Of a stretch of 52,510 nucleotides of DNA, positions 36,061-47,950 are shown piece by piece. Position 1 is the first letter of the stretch. Each line of letters starts with the position of its first letter. The notes under the pieces were generated by a model. The model did not search any database and was not told the origin of the DNA. It worked only from the letters and a program-made list of their open reading frames with translations. Origin of the DNA: Octopus sinensis (Eukaryota); the NCBI RefSeq assembly GCF_006345805.1, contig NW_021832540.1, forward strand, positions 1-52,510, given 5' to 3'. The translations under genes and the position numbers were made by a program.

Positions 36061-36639
36061 AAAGAAAGAGAGAGAAAGAAAGAGGGAGAAGTAATGTTTA
36101 TGTAATGTTTATCACCATCTGAAACAGGGGTGTTTAAAAGGTGTGACATGCAGTATCTGATTTTGCAAGAAGCATACTAGCAAGTTAAGAAAATGCATAT
36201 AAGAAATGAAAGCAGATTTTACACTGAGCAGTAATTTTCTATATATTGTGAGAAGGGGAGAACTACTGCTATGTCTCGCAGATGAGTATACATCACCAAG
36301 GATAACCATAAGGAGGTCCAAACCATACGGCCTAGTAATCTCGGGGCTAAAATAGTAGGGAGCTATCTCCACTCTTGCAATATACATCAAGTGCAGAGTG
36401 CATTGAATAACAAGCTGGAGCTAAACTAGCAGTATCGTCGGTTCCAAGAGAACACCTGTATTTAGGTGGTGGTAAACTCCCAGTATAAATACCGCTTTAT
36501 CTCTGATAGAGATTTTCTTAACTAGCTAGTTTATTTGATATATATATATATATATATACATATACAATCGTTACGCACACAAATCCTTAAAACTTTAGAA
36601 AACCAATAAACTAACCAATTTGCAATTTACTATGTTTTC

Positions 36640-37950
36640 CAGATGAAACGACTGGTCATACTGACACCAGTTTCTGTAAGAATCATTCAATTACTCCCTG
36701 AGATATTTTGCAAAGAAAGAGAACAGGCTGAAATAGTTTTGTGCCAGCCTCAGTATATCTTCCAAAATGAGAAATGTTGAGAGGACTAAGATCATCCAGG
36801 CCTTCAGTAATGGTACCAATATTCATTCTCTGGCTTCCATCTTCAAAATCCATTTAAGAACCAACAAAAGAATTGTGAATAAGTTTGAAAATGTGGGTAT
36901 AGAGGAGGAGGAGAACTGGATCAGGATGTCATAACTACAAAAGAGATCATCATTTTAATCTGGACCTGAAGAGATCGGTCAGAAGAGATCCATCTCAATC
37001 CATAAGACATTTGGCACATAAGAGTGGATTTTCGGCTACGAAATTTCCAAGAGTGGTGATAAAAGACTTGAAAAGGAAGTAGTACTGAGACCTGTGAGGT
37101 ACCTTGTTACTCTGGGACAAAAGGTTAGAAGGTTGGAGAGAGTGAAGATCATGTTGAACAAAGGGAAACACAACCCTAGATTGAGCTTTGCTCAAATGAG
37201 ATTTTCACCCAAGATAAGCATACAAACAAGCAACAACCACGTTTTGGCTTCAGCTCCTCAGGAGAGAGAGCCAAAAGTGTCATTTTTTGGTGCAAAACGC
37301 TACTAAGATGATGCTTTTCGCCCATGCGGCCTCTGATGGCATGAAAATGCAACTGATCATGTTTGAGAAGACTGACAGGAGTTTGTTATGTTCAGATTTT
37401 GAAAGATGTAAAAACCTGGATTCTTTCTTAATATCCTGAGACAAATCAAGAGGGAAACCCCAACAAGATCGCTAAGGATTTCAAGTTTACATGTCCTTGT
37501 CTATCAAGTACAGTGGCTGGAAAGTTCCTCAGGGATGAGCTTGAGAACAGATTTAAGGATTTGAACCATCTAGACGTCAGCATCTGGGATGAACTGATAA
37601 GAAAAAGTTTGTGTAAAGATTCACAGTAACTGCACACCTGCAAAACATCCATGGGAGGAGAGCATTGCTAAGGAATTCATTAAGAGAGCTTATAGTGCAG
37701 TTCGGTAGAGTGTTGAGGAAGTCATCGCCAAAAGAGGAGCAAATCTTGATGCCAAACAGGTAGGATTTCAGCTAGGCATATCTTTGGCACCTCAAAATAA
37801 ATCTTGAAGTTTCTATTCGATTTTTACTTGAATCACCTATGAGCTTTGAATACTGAGCTATGGTTAATTATTTATGAAAATGTCATTTCTATGAATCAAA
37901 TGTTTGAAACCAAAGTTTGGACAATTTTGTTGATACACCCAGGATATACA
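36640..37950 (+). mobile_element. Decayed Tc1/mariner-superfamily transposon (maT/DD37D-like)
   Basis: Frameshifted motifs EIFTQDKHTNKQQPR (compare DEKxF..NxQN), YVQILKDVKTW, and DLNHLDVSIWDEL (compare SPDLNPLDYSIW). The right end resembles an ...acacc(c)..ta TIR. Confidence 0.6.
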
Positions 37951-38020
37951 CCTGGTCCATGTTGATTTGCTGAATTCTACAAGCTCTTTTCATTCTCTCT
38001 CTGTTTATTTTCTCTTATTC

Positions 38021-38058
38021 TCTTCTGTTGAAGAGCGTAGGCTCGAAACATAAAAGAC
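38021..38058 (+). ncRNA. Degenerate minimal hammerhead-like motif
   Basis: CTGTTGA-A-GAGC-GTAG-GCTC-GAAAC-ATA. Stem II is perfect, but A6 and G16.2 deviate. Confidence 0.4.
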
Positions 38059-38143
38059 TTTTTATTTTTCCCGTTCTTCAAATTAATACACTTGCTTGTT
38101 TTTCATACACCTGTCATCGTCTTTATTTTTCTATAAATTTCAG

Positions 38144-38181
<38 letters not shown>

Positions 38182-38185
<4 letters not shown>

Positions 38186-38525
38186 CCACAGCGTGGCACC
38201 TTGGGCAAGTGTCTTCTACTATAGCCTCAGGCTGACCAAAGCCTTGTGAGTGGATTTGGTAGACAGAAACTGAAAGAAGCCCATCGTATATATATGTGAG
38301 TGTGTGTGTATGTCTGTGTTTGTCCCCCACAACATAACTTGACATCCGATGCTTGTGTGTTTATGTCTCCATAACTTAGCGGTTCGGCAAAAAGCAACCG
38401 ATAGAATAAGTACTAGGCTTACAAAAAATAAGTCCTGCGATTGATTTGCTCCACTAAAGGTGGTGCTCCAGCATGACCACAGTCAAATGACTGAAACAAG
38501 TAAAAGAATAAAAGAATAAAAGAAT
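38182..38525 (+). mobile_element. SINE family 1, 5'-truncated
   Basis: Colinear with 45390-45738. Confidence 0.9.
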
Positions 38526-38797
38526 ATATATGTATGTCTGTCTGCTGGAAATAACAGTGAAAACTCTTATTTAAATTGCCAAAAATTAACACTGATGATA
38601 ACTTAATTCTAATTATAATCCTTCAGCTATTTAATGCTTTTTCAAGGCTTGCAATCGCCTATATTATTGATTCTGTTATTATCCTTTTTATAATAGTCAT
38701 TCCAGATGATGACAAAATTAATAATGTCTAAGCAAATTAATTTTCGAGAATTACATTTTTCTTCTCACGAATTGTTTGCCCTTGTATATATATATAT

Positions 38798-38799
<2 letters not shown>

Positions 38800-38833
<34 letters not shown>

Positions 38834-39460
38834 GTTTAGCGTCCGCTTTCCATGCTAGCATGGGTTGGACGGGTCAACTGGGGTCTGTGAAGCTGGAAGG
38901 CTTCGTCAGGCCCAGTCAGATCTGGCAGTGTTTCTACGGCTGGATGCCCTTCCTAACGCCAACCACTCCGCGAGTGTAGTGGGTGTTTTTTACGTGCCAC
39001 CTGCACAGGTGCCAGACAGAGCTGGCGAACGGCCACGAACGGATGGTGCTTTTACGTGTCACCGGCACGGGGCCAGGCGATGCTGGCAACGGACACGAAC
39101 AGATGGTGCTTTTACGTGCCACCGACACGGGGCCAGACAGAGCTGGCAACCGGCCACGAACGGATGGTGCTTTTACGTGTCACCGGCACGGGGCCAGCCG
39201 AGGCTGGCAACGGACGCGAACGGATGGTGCTTTTACGTGCCACCGACACGGTTGCCAGACAGAGCTGGCAAATGGCCACGAGCGGACGGTGCTTTTACGT
39301 GTCACCGGCACGGGGCCAGCCGAGGCTGGCAACGGACACGGACGGATGGTGCTTTTACGTGCCACCGACACGGGGCCAGACAGAGCTGGCAAACGGCCAC
39401 AAACGGATGGTGCTTTTATGTGCCACCGACACGGGGCCAGACAGAGCTGGCAAACGGCCA
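38800..39460 (-). repeat. RTE 3'-tail repeat plus about 8 x 60-bp GC-rich minisatellite units alternating A/B
   Basis: The cttttacgtg motif recurs about every 60 bp from 38990 to 39415. The units alternate gtgtcaccggcac and gtgccaccgacac. (CAT)n at 38800-38832. Confidence 0.9.
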
Positions 39461-39466
39461 AGTTTA

Positions 39467-39538
39467 AGGTCTCACCGAGATATGAACTCGGATCGCTGGA
39501 TTCAAAGTCCAGAGTGCTAACCATTACACCATGAGACC
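39467..39538 (-). tRNA. tRNA-Gln(TTG): tRNA-Gln(TTG), 72 nt, with a T-loop A58-to-T variant
   Basis: GGTCTCATGGTGTAATGGTTAGCACTCTGGACTTTGAATCCAGCGATCCGAGTTCATATCTCGGTGAGACCT. Perfect 7-bp acceptor stem, anticodon loop CTTTGAA, nearly identical to metazoan tRNA-Gln. The B box reads GTTCATATC. No encoded CCA. Confidence 0.9.
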
Positions 39539-39574
39539 TGCTTATATATATATATATATATTATATATATATAT

Positions 39575-39802
39575 ATCATCATCATCATCGTTTAACGTCT
39601 GTTTTCCATGCTGGCATGGGTTGGACGCTTCGACCGGGGTCTGGGAAGCCAAGAGGCTGCACCAGGCTCCAGTCTGATCTGGCAGTGTTTCTACAGCTGG
39701 ATGCCCTTCCTAACACCAACCACTCTGTGAGTGTAGTGGGTGCTTTTATGTGCCTGGGGAGGCTGGCAACGGCCACGATTGGTTGGTGCTTTTTACGTGC
39801 CA
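39575..39802 (-). mobile_element. RTE 3'-tail repeat copy
   Basis: catcatcatcgtttaacgtctg...ctggatgcccttcctaacaccaacc...gctttttacgtgcca. Confidence 0.85.
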
Positions 39803-39830
39803 TATATATAAACATATGTATGTATGTATG

Positions 39831-40032
39831 TATAGTTTAGGACAATCAGTATGTTGTCATAATAGGACTCAGAGTTTCAAATGCCAGAGCTAAGAACTAC
39901 GATCCATTCTCATCAGCTATGATGACAACCGACGCAATAAAAAAACGTTTGAATATATGGAAAGTTATTCTAATAGCTTAGCTCTGGCATTCTGAGTCCT
40001 ATTAGACAATTTACTGATTGTCCTAAACTATA
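39831..40032. mobile_element. MITE, about 200 bp, with about 60-bp imperfect TIRs and TA flanks
   Basis: tatagtttaggacaatcagta...aataggactcaga...atgccagagctaag is mirrored at 39977-40032. Confidence 0.8.
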
Positions 40033-40049
40033 CATATATAATTCCTCTA

Positions 40050-40950
40050 TTTACCTAATATGGGGGTCTCATTTATTTGTTGTCATTTTATTATTATCAT
40101 TTTTTCCTTCTTTCTTCAAATTTTCTTCCGGTTTTCGCCAAGTGTTTTCCGCACACCTAGGGCAGAGAAGCTCATTGTATGCATTCCCAGATTACACATG
40201 CAAATTCACAGGTAAAAAATATGTATTTAAAAATTAATAAATAAATAAATTCATGAATGGATGTTTTCACAGCGATAATGCTCTTCTCAGTACATGAGCC
40301 GTTCCAGTTAATACGATTTTTTGCAATTCCTGTAGGGATGATAAGCCTGGTATCATTTTCAAATAGGTTTCAGTATCTTTTTTATCATTCCTAGAGATCC
40401 TACAATCACTGGTACAGTAGCCGCCTTGAGATGCCACATTTTTTTCAATTTCTATTAGCAAGTCTTTATATTTACTGATCTTGTCAAATTCTTTCGCCGC
40501 TATATTCTGATCGCAAGGAATACTCATGTCAATTAATAAACACATCCTTTTTGTCTGATCTTTTATAATAATATCCGGTTTATTAGCTTTTATAGTTTTG
40601 TCAGTATGTATGGTGAAGTCCCATAGAATCGACACATTTTCTCCCTCAGTCACAGCTTCAGGATGGTGTTTATACCATTTGTCAGCGGTTTTGATTTTAT
40701 AATGCCGGCATATTGTTCAATGTAAATACTGGCTGACTCTGTCATGTCTTGCTTTATATTCTACAGGTGCTAAGACTCTACACCCTAAGATTAGGTGGTC
40801 TATAGTTTCAATCTCATCATTACAGAATTGGCATTTTGGGTCAGTTCCATTTTTTATCACATTGGCTTGATAGTTCCAGGTTAATAAGCTTTGGTCTTGA
40901 GCAGCTAATATGAAGCCTTTACTCTCTGCTTTTAGCCCTGAGCTTCGTAA
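40050..40950 (-). mobile_element. R4/Dong-type RLE LINE 3' end (CCHC knuckle plus PD-(D/E)xK endonuclease)
   Basis: LKAESKGFILAAQDQSL...CQFCNDEIETIDHLILGCRVL...RHDRV, then ORF 40267-40653 ILWDFTIHTDKTIKANKPDIII...LIDMSIP...K.SKYKDL...ELQKIVLTGTAHVLRRAL. One frameshift. Confidence 0.9.
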
Positions 40951-41309
40951 GTGCGTCTATATATGTATGAATATATATATATATATATATAATATATAGA
41001 TGTGTGTGTGTGTGTGTGTGTGTATTCCCTTTTCTTTTGCCTTTTCAACGGGTACATTCTCTCTCACTCTCTCTGTCTCTATCCATCTATCATCGTCCCT
41101 CCCTCGCTATTTCTATTGATAGGCATATAATGCCAAACTAGTTGTAATGTATATGCGTACCCATTAAGGATTTCTTGGACTAAAGGAAATTGAAACTGTA
41201 ATTGTGATATTTTTGAAACTAAGCACAGGGACCAGCAGCCTCCTGGCCTTTAGTCCTTAAAATGTTTTTCTTTTCAGAAGGAATATTTTTCTTTTCAGAA
41301 TATTTCCCC

Positions 41310-41804
41310 AACCTTCTTCCCATTTCTAGAAGCTCTGAGATATCACAATCAATGTTGGCACTATGAAAGGTTGGTATGGCGAGATAGTCGAGATGCTTAA
41401 GTGGAAACATGTAAATGTATGTTGTACCCAAGAGGTATGATGAAGGGGATCCTCAGCTAGACTGCTTATGAGCAAAGGGCATAGATGCATATTTTTCAGA
41501 GTAGGCAACAATGAAATCATAGGTGGCATAGGTATTCTACCAGTGGAGAAATGGATGGATAAGGTGATTGAGGTAGTCAGGGTATGTGATAGGATTATTA
41601 AGCTAAGAATAGCCTTGTTTGAGATAATTGTCAGTTATTTCCACATGCGGGACTCGCAGATACTCAGAAAGACCACTTCTACAAATCCCTTCTAACGACT
41701 ACCTCGACGATGAAAGACGGCGACATTCTCTTCATGGGAGTAGAATTCAATGGACATGTTGGAAAACACTCTGATTGATATGTATGATTGATATTGTTTG
41801 CCCT

Positions 41805-41841
<37 letters not shown>

Positions 41842-44658
41842 TCATCATCATTTAACGTCCGTTTTCCATGCTGGCAGGGGTTGGACGCTTCGACTGGGGT
41901 CTGGGAAGCCAGGAGGCTGCACCAGGCTCCAGTCTGATCTGGCAGTGTTTCTACAGCTGGATGCCCTTCCTAACACCAACCACCGGAAATAAGGAGGAGA
42001 CAAGGCTATTGGGGTTTTGTGATGCTCATGGCTTACTGGTCTGTAACACTAACTTCAGAAAACCAGCCAACCATTTATCAATCTGGGGGATACACCAGTC
42101 AGATTGACTACATCCTCACCAGACACAGGGATAGATATATGCTCATAAATGCAAAATCTTATCCTGGTGAAGAATGTACAGGCTTTGGGACTTCAGGCTT
42201 TGGGACAGAAAGATCCAGAGACACAAGCCAATATCAAAAAAAGGTTGTAGAAGCTTAAGGATCCTCCAAGAGGGCAAAAATTTAGATATGTCCTTAATGA
42301 GGCCTTTGATGAGAAAGAAGAAGCGGCAAAGACATGACACAGAGAACAACTGGAAGTTCCTACGGAAGAGCAACAGACCAAGTTTTTGGTTGGTGACAAA
42401 GCCTCATCCAGACCAATGATGATGTGGTGTGGAATAGTGACGTTGCCATGGCCATAAAACAGAAGAGATGGATCTAGAGAGAGTGGAAAAGAAAGGGTGG
42501 CAAAGAATCATATCAGAAAGCTAAACATCAGGTATCTAGCAAGGGTAGAAGTAGAAAAGACTAGAGACTGTAAATGTTCTGGATTGCTAGACAATGTGCC
42601 AGAAAGAATCGAGACAATGTGGGAGAGACGTGTGTATGGATGGATAATGTGAACAAGAAGGATACATGGAAAAGTTACTATGCAAGAGTTGTGAATGCGG
42701 AGAATGAATAGGATAAAGGAATCTCCCACACAGGAACCCAACAGAAGGGCCAGCTATCCTAGTCAACAGCAGTATGGTACAGAAAGCAATTAAAGGCATG
42801 TAAACTGGTCCATCCGGAATTACTGACTAGATACTCAAATTATCCGGTAAGGTAGGATATGGACTTGTCACCCGCATATTTAGTCAGGTCATTCAGGAGG
42901 GTGTAATGCTCAGTGACTGGCATAGCAGCTTTATTGTTAGCTGCTACAAGGGTAAGGGTTATGCTTTTGATAGAAGCAATTATAGAGTCATCACACTCCT
43001 AGACCAGGCGAGGAAAATTACGAAGAGAATTATAGCCCTATTAATTAGGAGCTGAATTAGCCTAGACGACATGCTGTTTGGTTTCTTCCAGGGAAGAAGC
43101 ACTACCGATGTTATTTTCTTAGTCAGGCAAACTGCAAGAGAAGTACTTAGCTAAGAATAAACTAATACATTTGGCATTCGTTGATTTAGACAGAGTCTTC
43201 GATAGAATACTCTGCTGTGTAATATGGTGGGTTCTGAGGAATTGAGTGATAGATGAGTGGCTTGGGAACGCTGCACAGGCTAAGTACAGAGATGCTATTA
43301 GTAAGGTGAGAGTTAACCACAAGTACAGTGAAGAATTGGTGTAAAGGTTGGTGTTCATCAAGGCTCATTCCTCAGTCTCCTCCTTTGCATCATTGACCTC
43401 CATGCCATAACAAAGGAATTCAAAACCGACCACCCCTGGGAGTTGCTATATGTTGGTGATCTTGCCTTTATAGCAGATTCCATATCAGAGCTGGAAGAGA
43501 AATTACAAGTGTGGTAGCAAAACCTGAAAACTAAAGGATTTACGGTAATCTTAGCAAAGACTAAGATCTTAGTAAGCGAGAAAACAGTCAGGACCCTACA
43601 CACTTCAGGTAGGTGGCCCTGCTCGATTTGTAGGAAAAGTGTAGGCAAGAACTTCATATGCTGCACTCAGTGTAAGCAATGGACCACACATGAGGTGCAG
43701 TAGATTAATAGGAAGTTTATTGGAGGCAGACGTGTTTGTATATAGAAGATGTACAGGATCCATAAAAATTACTGAGACTCAGGAAATTGATTCTTCCAAA
43801 TGCTGTGGAGGCCTGTTAGAAGTAGTAATTTCTGATGCCTATCAGATCAAATTAGTTGTGAGGGGATGCACAAAGTGTGTGATGGTTAGAATATGAATAG
43901 GATGGAGGACATTCAGTGAGATTTTACCTCAGTTGGCTAGGAAAGGTTTCTCTCTCCGAGTAAAAGGTAGACTGTATGATGCGTGTACATGGAGAGTAAA
44001 TACATGGTAGTGAGATGTGGGTCTTAAATGCAAAGGACATGTGAAGGTTTGAGAGGAATGAGGCAAGTATGCCCCACTGGATGTAAAATATAAGTGTACA
44101 TGTTCATCAGTCCTAGTGTTTTGAGAGAGAAGTTAGGCATAAGAAGAATTAGATGGATTACACAAGACAAAGAGTGTGCTGGTTTGGTCATATGATGCAA
44201 ATGGATACTGACAGCTCCATAAAGAAGTGTCGATCTCTTATAATTGATGGAACACGTGGAAGTGGGAGGACCAGGTACACATGGGATGAAGTACTGAAGA
44301 ATGACCTCAGGAGGTTTAATTTTCAGACGAGATAACAAAGGACCTAGATGCCTGGCACCTTATTGTACTTAGGAAGACCCCCCTCCCCCCTCATCAGAAG
44401 TGATGAAGTCGCTTCCCCCGAAAGAGACGAGTGTTCTACAAGAGTCCTGTGCTGGTGCCAGGTAAACATGCTTGTGCAGTTCCACGTAAAAGCACCCATC
44501 ACACTCTGTAAAGTGGTTGGTGTTAGGAAGGACATCCAGCTGTAGAAAACATGCCAAATCAGACTGGAATCTGATGCAACTCTCCAGCTTGCCAGCACTG
44601 ATAAAACCGTTCAACTCACGCCATCATGGACAATGGACATTAAATGATGATGGTGACA

Positions 44659-44665
<7 letters not shown>
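41310..44665 (+). mobile_element. Decayed near-full-length RTE (RTE-X/Expander-like) LINE with 3' UTR and (GAT)n-like tail
   Basis: APE relics (GYTSQIDYILTRHRDR), RT relics (FGFFQGRSTTDVIF, FVDLDRVFDRI, HQGS, PWELLYVGDL), GRLYDAC, RVCWFGHMMQMD, then a 3' UTR ending ...gacattaaatgatgatggtgacaatgat. Confidence 0.85.
41836..41985 (-). mobile_element. RTE 3'-tail repeat nested inside the RTE LINE
   Basis: Near-identical to 39575-39725. Interrupts the APE-coding region. Confidence 0.85.
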
Positions 44666-44730
<65 letters not shown>

Positions 44731-45084
44731 TATGTGTGTGTGTGTAAAGATTTTTTACGAACATAATGTGACAATCCTGATTTGGACGAATGTTACTGTT
44801 ATTTAGCCACAGGAAACATGGTCTCCAGCTGGCTAATGACGCACTATTCCCTTTCAAACAAGGGAGCTTAGTGTCCTCACTCAGCTCAGAGCAATATCTA
44901 TGTATCAATGCTTTCAGGTTTATTTCCCTTCATCAACATAGAATAACTGTTTGGCTAGAGATGGCGACACTAGTCACTTGTTTGATAGATATACTTTTCA
45001 AAGTGACATAAAATAACTGATCTCAAAAATAGAAATAATAATAATATAATAATAATAATAATGATAATAATAATAATAATAATA

Positions 45085-45115
<31 letters not shown>

Positions 45116-45118
45116 ATA

Positions 45119-45186
<68 letters not shown>

Positions 45187-45333
45187 ATATATATTTATGG
45201 CTCTACTAATATGTGATATAGTAGCTGCAAATACTAAAAGCAGTATCCAACCATACTAAAAGGAAAACTACTACACTGGCCATAATGTTATAATAAATAG
45301 AAGCCTACTGTAAATATATAAAATATATAACAC

Positions 45334-45497
45334 AGGCGCAGGAGTGGCTGTGTGGTAAGTAGCTTGCTAACCAACCACATGGCTCCGGGTTCAGTCCCAC
45401 TGCGTGGCATCTTGGGCAAGTGTCTTCTGCTATAGCCCCGGGCCGACCAATGCCTTGTGAGTGGATTTGGTAGACGGAAACTGAAAGAAGCCTGTCG

Positions 45498-45538
<41 letters not shown>

Positions 45539-45738
45539 TTGTGTGTTTGTCTCCCTAGCATTGCTTGACAACCGATGCTGGTGTGTTTACGTCCCCGTCA
45601 CTTAGCGGTTCGGCAAAAGAGACCAATAGAATAAGTACTGGGCTTACAAAGAATAAGTCCCGGGGTCGATTTGCTCAACTAAAGGCAGTGCTCCAGCATG
45701 GCCGCAGTCAAATGACTGAAACAAGTAAAGATAAAGAT
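45334..45738 (+). mobile_element. tRNA-derived SINE family 1, full length
   Basis: A box TGGCTGTGTGG, B box GGTTCAGTCCC, internal (TA)n(TG)n, A-rich tail. Three copies occur in the window. Confidence 0.9.
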
Positions 45739-46649
45739 ATATAGATCTACCAATAAGACAGTTCTACTAATTGGAAAAATAATAGATGGCTCTTCTAGTC
45801 TGATGAATAATAGTTTTGTGTATCAGAATAAAAAAATAATAACTTGTACCAATGTGTGAAAATATATAAAAATATTCATAAACAAGATATACAACATTCG
45901 TTTTATATAAATTCATTGATGAAATTCTCAACAAAGTAGTCATCAGAATTCATGCAAACAGATCAAGCGAAAATAAAATATAGGAATTTAAAAAGACTTA
46001 CAATTTTTCGCCAAAATATATCAAGTGATCTGCAAAATCAGCAAATGAGAAAATTTCAGATTAGTAAAGTGAATTTATCAAGATGCGTCTTATGTATAAT
46101 ATTTCAGTCTTTATCTTTTAACTGAGCGATGAATAGAAGAAAAATTGTCTTTGTATGAAATGGAATAAAGGAAATGTAAAAGGAACTAAAATTTAAGGAA
46201 TTATATGGCATTTGAAAAGTTATACCAAGAGAAATTGATTCAGTCAGAGATGAAGGGTGAGAGGTAAGCAAAGAATAAAGGTAAGAATTTAGAAAGAGGT
46301 AATTTCTCAAAGAAAGACAAGTAGAAATGTGATGAAAATTCCTAAGAGTGGAAGAAAAGGTGGAGAAAACGCTATGTGACAGAGGCAAGTGACAAAGATA
46401 AGGAATCAAACCTTAAAAAACAGATCTATTCACAAACTCCCTCACACATATACATTTACAACTGTACCAATATAAAATAGGTTATTAAATAAATATATCA
46501 AATCATATCCATGTATATTTAGTGTTTCTGTAAAATTATGTCCAATGAGGGCTCAGCCATTTAGGATAAGAATCAAACTTGGCAGTTTCATAGATACTTT
46601 GCAATTCAACTAGATCCACAGAATCCATATGGCTAATGTTCGTTTCTAC

Positions 46650-47950
46650 TCTAGGTGCAAGGCATGAAATTGCATGCTGCATTTGCTTCATCTTATGCCC
46701 AACTTTTCTCTCAATACATTTGCACTTTGTCATATATGCACACTGATATTGCACTTTTCCCCAGTCTACGCATGTTGTCTATATTCATAGCCATTCATAG
46801 CCCATGTCTCGCTACCATGGAGTATAGCCATTCGCACACAAGCATCATTTAATCTATTTTAACTCTGAGAAAGAGAGAGTCCTTTTCTTGTCAACAGAAG
46901 TAATAGTTCTCTGAACTTCCTCCATCCTATTCTTATTTTGAAAACAATATTTTCAGAGCATTGCTAATTTGGTCACCTAGGTAACAGAAAATATCTACAA
47001 CCACAAGAGAGCCTCCTGCGCATTTGAGAGAGTCCAAGTCCCCTGTGCTTTTAGAGATTATTGTTCCTGCACATGTCATATACGAAGACTTTATTTGTTA
47101 ATCTACCTCTGATTCCACTACGCCTCTTATGTGTCCCTGGCTTACACTGGATGCAATGAATGGTATTACTTCCCACTCCTTTCCTACAAAGTGACCAATT
47201 TAAATGATGGAAATAGAGTCTTATCTGCTTTCTTGTTAACAACAACTTTGCTCTTTACTAGGTTAACTTTAAGGCCTTTGATTCTAGGTTTTTCTTCTGT
47301 ACCTGAAATTTCTTCTCTAGTTCTACTATTGATTCGGCCAGAAGACCAAGATCATCAGCGTATATTAGTTTTCTTTAGCATCCAGCTTTGAATTCCTCAG
47401 TTATGGTCTGGAGGACTATAATGAAAAAGTGTGGGCTGAGAACTGAACATTGGTGAACCCCTACTTGTATGCTAAGTTCCTCACTGTATTCATGGCCGAC
47501 TTCACCTTACTGACTGCATCACTTACATGGCTTGTGCATCTTTAACGAGTCACTGATCAATTCCTAACTTCCTTAGACACCAGCAGATAACAGAGTGGGG
47601 TATCTGTCGAAAGCTTTCTCCAGGTCAATGAAAGTTAATTTTGGCCAAATACGTTTCCTGCAGCTGTTTCACTTGGAACATGATATCTGCGGCAGGTACA
47701 AAACAAAACTGCATCACATCTAGTCTAATTCTATACCTAATCAACTGAATTATAACCTTCTCAGTAACTTTCATGACCTGGTCTAGCAGTTTGGTACCTT
47801 TGTAGTTGTTTCTATATAAGGCATCACCTTTATCCTTGTTACAGCTAACTATAAAACTACTACACCAGTCATTGAGGATGGTGTCTTACTGAATAACTCG
47901 ATTAACTATACAGGTGGTTAGGCTGTATCCTACATTACCGTACATTTTAA
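46650..47950 (-). mobile_element. Decayed RTE-X-like LINE fragment
   Basis: RLNDACVRMAILHGSETWAMN...VLREKLGIR and KGVGSNTIHCIQCKPGTHKRRSGIRGRL (ORF 47051-47245) parallel 43620-44150. Confidence 0.7.

Noticed and set aside
38985-39460. CRISPR-like appearance (regularly spaced palindromic repeats); also at 15890-16880
   Set aside because: The spacers are homologous to each other rather than unique, the context is a eukaryotic intron-rich locus, and there are no cas genes. It is a minisatellite.
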